Shown here in pieces: positions 24,051 to 36,823 of a stretch of 42,151 bases of DNA (position 1 is its first letter; every line of letters starts with the position of its first letter). Under the pieces are notes generated by a model, which was not told the origin of the DNA, did not search any database, and saw only the letters and a program-made list of their open reading frames with translations. The DNA is from Octopus bimaculoides (Eukaryota). The stretch is from positions 51,181,606-51,223,756 of the forward strand of contig NC_068993.1 in the NCBI RefSeq assembly GCF_001194135.2, read 5' to 3'. The position numbers were made by a program, and so were the translations under genes.

Positions 24051-25100
24051 TAAGTGCTTGCGTTTTTGCACACAGTAATGCACTAGCTAATGCTCTTAGA
24101 CATACACATACCCATGGATACACATGCACATTTGGTTATTTGTTTTTTATTCACGTGTACTCCCACATACTCGTAGGAACACACTTTCTTCTTGTCCTGA
24201 ACACACACAAACATAAACACATGCACGCACAGGGACAGAGGTCCAAACGCGCACACATAATGACGGGACATGCTCACGCGTACACGCCTATTTGCATATT
24301 TTCGCATATATATAAATGCATACGTAATTGCATACAGAGTCGTATTCCCGTTCGCAACCGCACTCATCTAATTTCTTCCACACGCGGCTATACACGCATG
24401 TGCACACAGAAGCTCTCACACAAACAACAATCACCAACATTATAATTGTACAAGCAACAGTCACCCACACACAATCACACAGACACACACTCTTCACATT
24501 GACGTAGTCACAATATTCAAGCACATACACAAACGCCCTCTTGTGCACATTCGTATGTCGATGCACTGACAGACAAGATGTGGGCGAATGCTAAAAACGT
24601 GCACATCTCTGGAGAATGCTGAAGGCAAGCATCTGTAACCCATTTGAGTGTTAGTGAAGCGTTGTGACAACAAAATTATGCTTTAGAGTATTGGAGACTG
24701 CCTTTGCTACCATGCGTGTCATGAAAAGATATTAAGGGTTCGAAATAGGTTCAGTGAATCCGCCTCATCATCAATAAATAGAGGAATAAAGAAAAAGAAG
24801 AAATGCAGAAAGAGAGAGAGAGATCGAAAGAAAGGAAGGATAGCAGAGAGGGGAGGAAAGGAGGCAGGAGAGAAGGAAGAACCAGTCCATGAATGTTTGG
24901 CAATGAAAAGCCAAACACACACGCACTCTGAGTCACATGGACACATGCATGCATATATACAACACATACATACACACACATGCATATATGCATATATACA
25001 TACATGTATATTATTATATACATTTATATATACATATGTTGATATATAAATATATATGTTTATATACACATACATGCATATATACATACATATATATTCA

Positions 25101-25147
<47 letters not shown>

Positions 25148-26050
25148 NNNNNNNNNNNNNNNNNNNNNNNNNNNNNNNNNNNNNNNNNNNNNNNNNNNNN
25201 NNNNNNNNNNNNNNNNNNNNNNNNNNNNNNNNNNNNNNNNNNNNNNNNNNNNNNNNNNNNNNNNNNNNNNNNNNNNNNNNNNNNNNNNNNNNNNNNNNNN
25301 NNNNNNNNNNNNNNNNNNNNNNNNNNNNNNNNNNNNNNNNNNNNNNNNNNNNNNNNNNNNNNNNNNNNNNNNNNNNNNNNNNNNNNNNNNNNNNNNNNNN
25401 NNNNNNNNNNNNNNNNNNNNNNNNNNNNNNNNNNNNNNNNNNNNNNNNNNNNNNNNNNNNNNNNNNNNNNNNNNNNNNNNNNNNNNNNNNNNNNNNNNNN
25501 NNNNNNNNNNNNNNNNNNNNNNNNNNNNNNNNNNNNNNNNNNNNNNNNNNNNNNNNNNNNNNNNNNNNNNNNNNNNNNNNNNNNNNNNNNNNNNNNNNNN
25601 NNNNNNNNNNNNNNNNNNNNNNNNNNNNNNNNNNNNNNNNNNNNNNNNNNNNNNNNNNNNNNNNNNNNNNNNNNNNNNNNNNNNNNNNNNNNNNNNNNNN
25701 NNNNNNNNNNNNNNNNNNNNNNNNNNNNNNNNNNNNNNNNNNNNNNNNNNNNNNNNNNNNNNNNNNNNNNNNNNNNNNNNNNNNNNNNNNNNNNNNNNNN
25801 NNNNNNNNNNNNNNNNNNNNNNNNNNNNNNNNNNNNNNNNNNNNNNNNNNNNNNNATATATGTAACAGAAGAGGCTAGAAGAAATCATAGAAAAAAAGCA
25901 TAACTTACATATGTTTGTACAGTACTTTTTTTTCATGTTGCTTATCTCTAACTAGTCTGGTATTTGATTTGTTTGTTTATCTTTTTTGTTTTCCTTTTGT
26001 TGTTGTTGTTTTTTTTTTTACCCTTTCCTACTCTCTGGATATTTCTTCAG

Positions 26051-26135
26051 GGAATTTGTGTGTCGACCTCCGGAACTGTTTGCATTTGGTTTTTACTCTT
26101 GGAAAAGTTCATCATGTATTTATGGAATGTTGGGC
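26051..26135 (+). CDS. Candidate internal exon of an unidentified gene
   Basis: Long pyrimidine tract with TTTCTTCAG|G acceptor and GGC|GTGAGT donor. The 85 nt are more GC-rich than the flanks and stop-free in all three frames. No recognisable homology. Confidence 0.35.
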
Positions 26136-26419
26136 GTGAGTAACTCCTATTAATTAATCTATCAGAACAATAAATGTAGCTTTTAATCGTTTCTAACGTA
26201 TTGACTTTACTTTTTGTGTTTCCAGGAGATTTGTATATTCCGTTTTATTTTGCTGTAGTTTTGCCTATTCTGTTTTTTTTCTTTTTTAATTTTATCGTGG
26301 TAGCCGACTAAGAGCTAGAACCTCTGAGCGGTTCTGGATCGGCCTGCTAGAAATGACAACCACTGGATCGACCTGGTAGATATCGCAATAAATTTCCAAG
26401 AATAAAATTGGTTTCAAAA

Positions 26420-26802
26420 GGCGGTGAGCTGGCAGAAACGTTAACACGCGGGGCGAAATGCATAGCAGTATTTCGTCTGCCGCTACGTTCTGAGTTCAAA
26501 TTCCCCCGAGGTCGACGTTGTCTTTCATCCTTTCGGGGTCGATTAAATAAGTACCAGTTACGCATTGGTATCGATATAATCGACTTAATCCGTTTGTCTG
26601 TGCTTGTTTGTCCCTTCTGTGTGTAGCCCCTTGTGGGCAGTAAAGAAATAAGAAACGTTAGCACGCCGGGCGAAATACTTAGCGGTATTTCGTCCATCTT
26701 TACGTTATGAATTAAGTACCAGTTGTGTACTGGGGTCGATCTAATCGACTGGCCCCTTCCCGCAAAATTTCAGGCCTTGTGCCTAAAGTAGAAAAGGATA
26801 TG
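26420..26802 (+). mobile_element. Second copy of the dimeric Meta-type SINE (unit 2 has a 52-nt internal deletion)
   Basis: Same junction as at 9326 (AAAGAAATA|AGAAAC). Flanked by GGTTTCAAA at 26410-26418 and 26803-26811. Confidence 0.9.
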
Positions 26803-27013
26803 GGTTTCAAATTTTGGCACAAGGATGGCAACTTCGACGAAGTAGTTAAGTCGATTACCTTGACCTCAGTATTCAACTGGAACATATTTTATCGACCCCG
26901 AAAGGATGAAAAGTAAATTCGACCTCGGCAGAATTCGAACTCAAAACCTAAAGGTAAATGAAATGCCGCTTAGCATTTTCCCCGGCGGCTTAACGATCCT
27001 GCCAGCTCGTCGC
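26803..27013 (-). mobile_element. Meta-type SINE, minus strand, with its tail interrupted by the dimer
   Basis: Reverse complement gives head GCGACGAGCTGGCAGGATCGTTA, the central domain, and tail GTGCCAAAATTTGAAACC. Confidence 0.88.
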
Positions 27014-27862
27014 ATTCTTTCCGAGAATAATATTAATCTTAAATGAAAATCAAATTGGAAAAGCATTAAGAACAGTAGTCCCAAATTTTAAAAAAATTTA
27101 AAAGACAAAAATGTCTTAGGCATATACATACATACACACATACACACACACATATATACATAAATACATACATACATACACAAATACACACATACACACA
27201 TACATACGTTTTGCATATATACATACACACATATATACATTACATGTGTCTAAAATGCATATCTGACGACCAATTCGTCTGTCTAACCTTCTATCTATCA
27301 CACAATTCACTGATACGTTTGTATGCCAGTATGACGTTTGCCATATAAGACTTGACATTTCTGAGCGTGCAGGTCAGGATGTGTAGAGTAATTTATGATA
27401 TCTAAAACACTATATACCTTTAGATTCTACAGGTATATCTATCTGTAAACAAGATGTATTGTCAGATAGAATTATCGATCAATACGACAGCGATCTTATT
27501 TATACAAATAATTAAAATTTAATTAAACTTTCATTTAAACAACTATTGTATGATTTTGAATAACTTGATACATGCAATCGTAAGCCATTGCACTAATATA
27601 CCTTTCTGTCATGTTCTTCCACCTACCACACTGCTTTCACTAAATTGACACGACATAACAGACATATGCGTTCACCTTATGAGAGAAGAGAATCTAATGT
27701 TTATACCACACACAAAACACGCCACATCTTGGGGTGTTTTCACTATTTCTCCAAAGCGGAGTCTTTAGTTTATAATCTTCTTTTATCCACTTTTGACTCT
27801 GTCAATTTTCTTCCTCGTGTCTGTTTTGTAATTTGTGGTTCATTCAATTTGCTGAGTTCGAT

Positions 27863-28019
27863 AGGCGCAGGAACGGATCTGTCGTTGCAAAGGTCTCTTT
27901 GCAACCATGTGCTATTCGTGTTCAGTCCCTCTGAGCAAGTGTGTTCTACTGTAGCCCCGGGCAGACCAATGCCTTGTGAGAAAAAATTTGGTGGGCGGAA
28001 AATGTGTGAAAACCCGTCA
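27863..28019 (+). mobile_element. 5' half of a CORE-type SINE ending in (TA)n
   Basis: GGCGCAGGA head, GCAAGTGTGTTCTACTGTAGCC, and AACCCGTC immediately before the microsatellite. Confidence 0.8.
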
Positions 28020-28356
28020 TATATATATATATATATAATAATTGAATATGCGCAATATTTAAAAACAATTATCTTTTTAAGAAAATTAAAAGGCGAAAAA
28101 TCACGTGCTATTTCATTTTGATGTATTATATCTTTTTACATTGCAATCGCTTTAAAGGACAAATACAGCTTATTAAAGGACAAATACACGCGCACACACA
28201 CATACACACACACACACAAATTTCTTTAAGTCCCTGTAACTTTGCGGTTCGGCAAACGGTACGAATGTTGAATCAAATACATTAGCTGGACTCATTTGAT
28301 ACCCTATTCATAAAGTTGCTCACTATTTCATACTCTGCTAATGAATTAGCTATTCG

Positions 28357-28399
<43 letters not shown>

Positions 28400-28509
28400 T
28401 ATTGCACAGTGAGATTCAAATATATATTGCTTGATATAATATACCAATATTTCGAACTCTACATATGGTAAAAGAAAAAAAGGGCAAAAAATAAAGCTTA
28501 TGTTCTACC

Positions 28510-28860
28510 CATTCTCATCATTATCATCATCATCATCATTATCGTCATCATTATCATCATCATCGACGTCGTCATCATCGTCACTGACGTCGCCGACATC
28601 ATCATCATCGTCGTTTGCGTGATTTTTCTTCCTCCCACTCTCCTCTCCCTTTTCCCTCCTCATCTCCTCCTTCTCCACCTTATTTCTGGTACTTCCTTCG
28701 CGTCGTCATCATCATCATCATCAGCATCATCAGCATTATCACCATCTTCATCAACATCACCATCTTGTGCTCGCCCTTCCTGCTTTTTCTCTCCCCCTCT
28801 TCCAGCTCCTACTCCCCCTTCCCCCCGCATGTTTCACCTACTACTTCTACTACCAAGTGC
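28510..28860. repeat. (ATC)/(GTC)n and pyrimidine-rich low-complexity block
   Basis: Directly visible. Confidence 0.9.
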
Positions 28861-28995
28861 TACTTAGTACTACGAAAATATATGTTGCTTACATAGATTT
28901 CAACCGAAACAGAACCAATTTCATATAGGTTAAATTGAAACTGTAACTAATTTATTTACATAATATAATTCTACATAATTATTATTATTATTATC

Positions 28996-29031
<36 letters not shown>

Positions 29032-29526
29032 TGCTTAGAAAATCTTGTTTATTCAATCTTCTTACCAATTCTGTTACATTTTTGTTTTTGTTTCTTTTTT
29101 TGTGTGTTTTTTTTTCCTTTGCTTTTAGTCTTTTCAATCTATTACTCTCTTCTTTCCTAAGGTAAAGATTAAGGATTAATATTCAATGTTTCCCGAGATT
29201 TATTCTCTTGACGTAACTATGTATGTGCAACCAAGTGCTTTTCCCCCACAACTGTTTGGATTTATTCGATTCCAGTTTCTGAAAGAGATTTACATATATT
29301 ATTTCGCTACGGTTGCAATCAATAGAGATTTTCCTGTACATTCTTGAAGGTGACGACCTCCGTATTATTTTAAGAAGCAGTTTTGTATGCTTAAATAATC
29401 TTAGCCATGTGAACTATTTTGATGAATCCCTAATTATCTTGACTATTGCAATGTTTGTAATTTCATGCTAAGATGTTAATGTTGTTTAGGATGGATGAAA
29501 TGCATTTTTAGTAGTTATATAAAACG

Positions 29527-30384
29527 GTTAGGGAGGCTTGCTTCACAAACGTGGTTCGGTTTTGAGTTCAGTCTCATTGTGTGGTACTTCGGGCAAGTGT
29601 CTTCCGCTATAGTACCGAAATGACAACAGCTTTTCAACTGGATTTACTAAAGGGGGAAACTGTAAGAAACCCGTCGTACACACACACACACACACACACA
29701 CANNNNNNNNNNNNNNNNNNNNNNNNNNNNNNNNNNNNNNNNNNNNNNNNNNNNNNNNNNNNNNNNNNNNNNNNNNNNNNNNNNNNNNNNNNNNNNNNNN
29801 NNNNNNNNNNNNNNNNNNNNNNNNNNNNNNNNNNNNNNNNNNNNNNNNNNNNNNNNNNNNNNNNNNNNNNNNNNNNNNNNNNNNNNNNNNNNNNNNNNNN
29901 NNNNNNNNNNNNNNNNNNNNNNNNNNNNNNNNNNNNNNNNNNNNNNNNNNNNNNNNNNNNNNNNNNNNNNNNNNNNNNNNNNNNNNNNNNNNNNNNNNNN
30001 NNNNNNNNNNNNNNNNNNNNNNNNNNNNNNNNNNNNNNNNNNNNNNNNNNNNNNNNNNNNNNNNNNNNNNNNNNNNNNNNNNNNNNNNNNNNNNNNNNNN
30101 NNNNNNNNNNNNNNNNNNNNNNNNNNNNNNNNNNNNNNNNNNNNNNNNNNNNNNNNNNNNNNNNNNNNNNNNNNNNNNNNNNNNNNNNNNNNNNNNNNNN
30201 NNNNNNNNNNNNCCCAAACGATGCTGGTGTGTTTACGTCCCCGTAACTTAGCGGTTCAGCAATAGAGGACGATAGAATAAGTACTAGGCTTACAAAGAAT
30301 AAGTCCTGGGGTCGATTTGCTCGACTAAAGACGGTGCTCCAGCATGCCCACAGTCAAATGACTGAAACAAGTAATAGAGTAAAA
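29527..30384 (+). mobile_element. CORE-type SINE whose internal (CA)n microsatellite contains the 29703-30212 gap
   Basis: 5' half ends AACCCGTCG then (CA)n. The 3' module resumes after the gap and ends TGACTGAAACAAGTAATAGAGT. Confidence 0.85.
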
Positions 30385-30390
30385 ACGTAT

Positions 30391-30453
30391 AGACAGACGA
30401 AATGCATAGCTGCATTTCGTCCGGCCTGCTAACGATTCTGCCAGCTCGCCGCC
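30391..30453 (-). mobile_element. 5' head fragment of a Meta-type SINE
   Basis: Reverse complement GGCGGCGAGCTGGCAGAATCGTTAGCAGGCCGGACGAAATGC. Confidence 0.8.
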
Positions 30454-30529
30454 TTAAAAATGTGTAACTAATAGCAATTAAATATTGCGATGAAAATCAG
30501 AATTGGATAGAAAAATTCTAAATTCCTAG

Positions 30530-30790
30530 GGCAGCGTTCGGCTTTATCTATGCAAAAGGATTTTTCGAACCATTACTTACTCCACCATCTACCCTATCCC
30601 ACCATGCTGGACCGCTGAAATCTACAAGTTTTTTTCATTCTGTCTCCGTTTATTTTCTCTTATTACTTTTTGTTGTAGAGCGTAGGCTCCAAATATAAAA
30701 GACTTTTTAATTTTCCCGAGCGTCAAACTAATACACTTGCTCATTGTTCATACGCCGGTTTTCATCTTTCGTTTTTCTATAAATTTCAAC
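30530..30790 (+). mobile_element. Non-autonomous Penelope-like repeat with a hammerhead-shaped scaffold at 30666-30701
   Basis: Homologous to 11103-11310 (GAGCGTAGGCTC..AAAAGACTTTTT..TTCCCGAGCGTCAAACTAATAC). Confidence 0.65.
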
Positions 30791-31504
30791 TATTATTAAT
30801 CTTTACTTTGCAGACATTAGACATTATATCCAACCTCAAGAGAAGATTACCAAGATTTCCTTGCATAATCATCGGTGCAGATTTCGTCAGTTTCCGTTCC
30901 ATTAAACAGATGAGATTTAAGTCAAATCTATCCTGAACGCTAACTCATCACACGTAAGATTTTCCGTGGCGAACTTGATCTCTAAACTAACAAACCACCT
31001 TAATATTTTTAACAGCGTATATTTTGCCTATCACTGTTAAGCTTTAACACTGAGTGTGTCTCGATTAGATTACAGAAAATTTCCATTGGTGAGCGATTCT
31101 TGGTGCATTTTATTCATCTGAATGCCATGGGAAGGATACAAACCACTGACCGTTCTTTTGGTTGCTTCAGCCATTTCCGTTTTGTCGTCCTCATTATTCC
31201 ATACACCCATGATTATATTTCATGCGACTCAGAACAGTGAAGTCATACAACATATTTCATGTATGACTTGGCATATTTCAGTTATTACTATCCCATAGTG
31301 AGATTGAAGTTGTTACCATTGTAGTTGTCTTAAGTGTTCGTTATGTCCACAGTGGAACTAACCTATTAAAACGGATGCATCAGACATGATTCAGTCATGA
31401 ACACCCCGTCCTTTGGAATACTATCGACTGTGGCTTTCAACCACAACATATCTAGTAAACCTTATAGTCCAATGAATTTCAGTCTCTCGTATTTTCCCAT
31501 ATAG

Positions 31505-31560
31505 GCTATCTGGGTCAGCATATCTCAATATTTTTTGAAACAGCATGGTACGATTTGAAG
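31505..31560 (+). CDS. Candidate internal exon (xYLGQHISIFFETAWYDLK)
   Basis: TCTCTCGTATTTTCCCATATAG|G acceptor and GAAG|GTAAAT donor, 56 nt. Only the phase-1 frame is open. Product unknown. Confidence 0.3.
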
Positions 31561-32849
31561 GTAAATGCCCAGTTAGAGTCTCAGATCCCTGATGAGATAC
31601 AGCAGAATTTGAGCTCATAACTCACAACTCCCTCTTTTGTATCCAGCCCGTAAAATTACAAAGAAACAAGCGGTATAATGAAATGGGTATCATATTTACA
31701 TGTTGCCTACATGTATGGGCATCATCATTCAGAGATGAATATACTTAATCGAGAAAGCCATAGGTGTGAAACGCTACCCTTTTAATCTTCGGATTGAGGA
31801 ATCTACCTGTGAGCTACTCACTCAATGCTGTCTTTTATGCTAGCTTTATTTAAACTAAACCCTAACTTCAGTCATGTTTATTAAGAAGCTGTTTGAACTA
31901 TACTGTTAATAAAATGCAGTCTTAACTATCATGATTATATATAGATGTACGTGTGTGCATGTTTATGTGTGTATGTATACATGTATGCATATATATATAT
32001 ATATGAAATGATTGTATATATGTTTTTTTTTTTTTGCTTTGTTTCTTTCTCTGGAAGTTTATAATTACTCCGTACGGAATAGAAAAAGCTTTCAACCACA
32101 AAAGCATAGTTGCAATTCACATCAGTGACATAAAGGGCATCTCGAAGTTTGAATGAAGTTTATTGAGGAAATCACTCTACCCTTCCAGCCCCGAAGAATA
32201 TCTTTTCTCTCCGTGTGGTTTGCTTCATTCATTCATTCATCAGCACATTTGCTCCATGACAAAGCTTTCTATTCACTGTGTTTAATAAGCCAATGAGATG
32301 GTTGCAGCTGATGTAACGAATGTATGCTTTGCACATGGGTTTTGATCAACCAATATACTTGACATTACTGACGGGACTTTAGAAGCACAGAAGAAGAGAA
32401 GCGACTGATTTAGGAGGCAAATAAACTAGATGAAAATAGACTTCAGAAAAACAATCTCTCCGGTATAAAAACCAAAGCTGTGAAGTGGACACTGGGGAAG
32501 CAATAACTTTTTCTACCTTTCTTGCATCGGTGCTTGCTGTGTTGGCTTATACATGCATTAATATAAAGAAACGCTTCGTTGATTTACGAACAGTTGCAGG
32601 AATAAACGTGTCTACAGCCTTCAAAAATACTTGTCGATTTAACCCTTTCAACTCTAATTTGCTACTTGCAGACGTAAAATGAATTTTCTCAGAGAGATTT
32701 CCGCCTCCATCCACCTATATCACACGCGAATATCGCGTGCTCTCTATTTATCCTTCCATCATTTTTTTCTCTCTCCCTTTCTCTATTTCTCAATTTTACT
32801 AACTCCTCTCAAGCACGCAATATCTCTCTCTCACTTTCTCTCTCCCTCT

Positions 32850-32858
32850 CTCTTTTTC

Positions 32859-32907
<49 letters not shown>

Positions 32908-33025
32908 TTATTTGTCTATCTGTCTGTCTGTCTCTTTNNNNNNNNNNNNNNNNNNNNNNNNNNNNNNNNNNNNNNNNNNNNNNNNNNNNNNNNNNNNNNN
33001 NNNNNNNNNNNNNNNNNNNNNNNNN

Positions 33026-33066
<41 letters not shown>

Positions 33067-33080
33067 TGTATGTATGTATG

Positions 33081-33122
<42 letters not shown>

Positions 33123-33135
33123 CCTACCTACCTAC

Positions 33136-33208
<73 letters not shown>

Positions 33209-33210
33209 CA
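32850..33210. repeat. (CTAT)n/(TA)n/(CCTA)n block around a gap
   Basis: Directly visible. Confidence 0.95.
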
Positions 33211-33649
33211 TCTCTACCCGTATTGCCTTCTCTCATATGAAATCGGTTCACTTGCCAGATTCTGTCCATTTAATGAAATCTTCTTACTTAGAATCGGCCA
33301 AATACACTGTATCCATTGGGGACAGTACTGTATAAACTGATGCCTCCTCTGGATTTTGTGTTTACCATAGAAAACAGTCTTTTCAACAGTGTTCCATGCA
33401 TGGCAAGTTGCGTAAACAAATGATCGCCAAAGCTGCCATAACAATAGCCGGCATAATTCCTGCTAATGTCCACCATTTATTAACAAAAGATAAACTACAC
33501 ACGCTCTGCTAATGTCTCAAAATTTAGATCACTATTACTATTTTTATTACTATTTTATTATTACGGGGGTTGTCCTAATCTGTCCCCTTCTCCTCCACCT
33601 CAGTATTTATTGCGCCTCTTTTTAAGGCTTGACTAATCATTTATTTATT

Positions 33650-34000
<351 letters not shown>

Positions 34001-34519
34001 TGCACACACACTCTCACATATCATTTATCACATTTCTTTTAATAATAGTTTTACATGTAATACATTGTCTGTTTATAGTATTCAGATGTATTCTACCGTA
34101 TTGTAAAATTGTCTTTATTGTTACTCCGTGTGGCAAATATCGTAATCATTATTTAATTACTAGCATGTCATCTCAGCCAAATTAACAGAATTTCAGGAAT
34201 TGCGATACCAGAATTTGGTTTTGTGCAGTACAATATTTCCCTCAGCATTCTGAGATCAAATCCCCTAGGGGTTGACATCACTTTTTTTCCTCCATGTTTG
34301 TTTTTATTTTGTTGGTGTTTTTTCGTCCATAATTCAGACCAGATTAAGTATCAACTTTTTTTCCCAACCGTGTTTGTCTTTTTTATATCCGAGAGATTAT
34401 ATTGTTCAGCGGAATAAGTCACGGCTAGAATGTCTTTTATCACAGGTTTGCTCGTATAGAGTTTACATGGATCTAAACAACTACATCAGAGAGGATTTTT
34501 TTTAGAAATGAATACTTAC

Positions 34520-34566
34520 CTTCGGGTTGAAAGATTTAAGGAGATTTAATGTATGCCTCCTTTGAT
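34520..34566 (-). CDS. Candidate minus-strand exon (xQRRHTLNLLKSFNPK)
   Basis: TCTTTTCGCACATTATCCAG|A acceptor and perfect AAG|GTAAGTAT donor, 47 nt with one open phase. No homology recognised. Confidence 0.2.
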
Positions 34567-36040
34567 CTGGATAATGTGCGAAAAGACATATAGTGGATGT
34601 GATTTCAGATTTCTAGAGCTGGTAATCCAGTACTGCCATCTACAACGCATTTTACTTGTTCCTGTTTTAGATGTCATTCAAGACCAAAGGACAGATATGA
34701 ATAACGGTTAATTACAACCTGAATAGTGATTACTAATTACAATTTTTATTTACTGAGGCTTGCACTTCAATAATTTTGTCTACAAGTATCAGATTTGTTG
34801 TTACGTAGCTCATACCATTCTGACGATGTCCATCGTGTCTTGTTATATATCAAGGTTGTAGAGTCCAACATGTCGGTTCCTTATTTATGGTGGCAAGTTA
34901 TGACTTGAAAGAAATTTAGCTGTGGTGTGTTTGTATGTCAGACGATCACATTGTGCCAACGTACCACTAAATAAGATTGTAAATGAAGATAAATTAGTCC
35001 AATAAGTTAACGTATTTAGTCCAATACGGTGAACGTATTGTTGTTCTTGCCGTTAACCCTCCAACGCGGAGTATAGGCCACTTATAATTGAAATCCATGT
35101 CGCATAATTTCTCGCTTCTGTACTTATACTCTGCCATTAATGTCCCCGTTACTCTAGTCCCTTTTGTGCTGATCTACGCCACGAGTTCTTAGGCCTCTCC
35201 CTCTTTCTACATCCAACCGGATTCCACTGTAAAGCACTGGGCTAATTTAATAATAATGAGTAGTCACGTGTTCTGTCCACCCTCAAGTATTCCATTGCAT
35301 TTATTCTACGTTGCCTCAGTTCATCTTACTGCAAGAATATGTCAGATCCTCTGGGATACTTGTCAGTATTATATCATGCAGAAACATGTACGCAATTACG
35401 GGTGGATCCGCCTTGTCCATTCTCCTCTGCTCTCTTGTGACTTATTCTTCAAGGCAGCTCTCTGAACATTTTAGTCAAACATTCCTCCAAACATTGCCAG
35501 TTCTCTGCAAACTAATTCTATGCCACAATTGAGGCATCAACCTGTTAACAACCACGAGAAGCAGAATGCCAATGACAAACCACTTCCTGCTTAGTGTAAA
35601 CTTCCAAATACCCAGTTCTTCAATCCAAAGAGAAAGCTTCCAGATGTTCGCTTGACTTGTTAAAAACTTTATTCAGATGCTTTGGTATTCTGATCATTCG
35701 GTTTAGAAGTTCACGCGCTCTGCGAGATTATTTTTCTACATTAGCGAAATTTTCTGTTACGAGAACTCAGTGATTAATCGGTTATAGTGGTACACTCAAG
35801 ATTGAATGTAGCAATAAAATTCTTCCTCAGCAACATGATAGACTCTGAAGGATACACGGTAAAGTAAAATGGACTGTCCTGGATCAGATGTGTTCGTCGC
35901 AGACCTGGTTCATGAGACCTGACTCATAACAGATGTATATGCTCTACAAGTTAAATAGACAACGTAACCGCATATACGTATATACATATATGTATATATG
36001 TATATATACACACACACACATATATATATGTATATATATT

Positions 36041-36084
<44 letters not shown>

Positions 36085-36134
36085 GAGAGATATATAGATG
36101 TACATATATGTATATATATATTATGTGCATACAT

Positions 36135-36298
36135 ACGAGAAGTTGCTATCACTTTCAGTCTATCAAACACATTCGCAAGGCTTGGTCGGCCCGGGGATAT
36201 AGTAAAAACACTTGCCCAAGGTGCCATGAAGTAGGATTGGACCAAGAACTATGTGGTTGAGAAGTAAGCTTCTTACCACACAATCATGGTTGTTCCTA
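36135..36298 (-). mobile_element. 5' half of a CORE-type SINE running into the microsatellite at 35975-36130
   Basis: Reverse complement includes GGCACCTTGGGCAAGTGTTTTTACTATATCCCCGGGCCGACCAAGCCTTG. Confidence 0.85.
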
Positions 36299-36300
36299 TA

Positions 36301-36336
<36 letters not shown>

Positions 36337-36781
36337 TGTGTGTGCGTGTGTGTGCGTGTGTGTGCATGTGTACGTGGCCGTGTGTTTATGTGTGAGCGTG
36401 CTTAAGTGTGTAGGTCTATAAAATATAATGTCTCCTACCAGTTAGAAAGAATACATCAATTCAAAATATAAAAGTAGATGTTTTGTAATAATCTTCTTTG
36501 AGACGATGCCAAAATTCTACTGTTTACATTTGGTAACAGTCTTCCAAAATACACCAACGAAACATATCTAATAAGTTCCCTTCTTATATCTACTTCATCT
36601 ATATAATTCTACAGCATATTTGTACATTTTATATTTTTGCTACCCAATCACTTTCTTCTGTTGTGTACGATGCGCGCCGACGCATGTGTCTGTATGTGCG
36701 TGTACGCAACGCACATGCATACATAAATAAAAGAGAAGAAGAAGAAGAAGAGAGAGAGAGAGAGAGAGAGGCAAGCACAAG

Positions 36782-36823
<42 letters not shown>

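Noticed and set aside
23367-26135. GPCR/opsin-like reading (WIPF...KSSSCIYG) in an alternative frame
   Set aside because: The NPxxY motif is absent and no other TM exons were found.
30814-30885. APE endonuclease-like peptide (PCIIIGADF) after a strong acceptor
   Set aside because: Only one partial motif, with no other LINE motifs nearby.
31240-31269. 10-bp AT-rich hairpin
   Set aside because: It is short and plausible by chance in AT-rich DNA.
31505-33420. Cys-loop receptor resemblance (ISIFFETAWYD like loop D; YPLGTVLY like loop E)
   Set aside because: No WxPD exon was found between the two segments and no C-x13-C loop follows. Likely a chance resemblance.
35300-35520. R1-like LINE C-terminal resemblance (SRGEWTRRIHP) on the minus strand
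   Set aside because: Too short and interrupted by stops to support.
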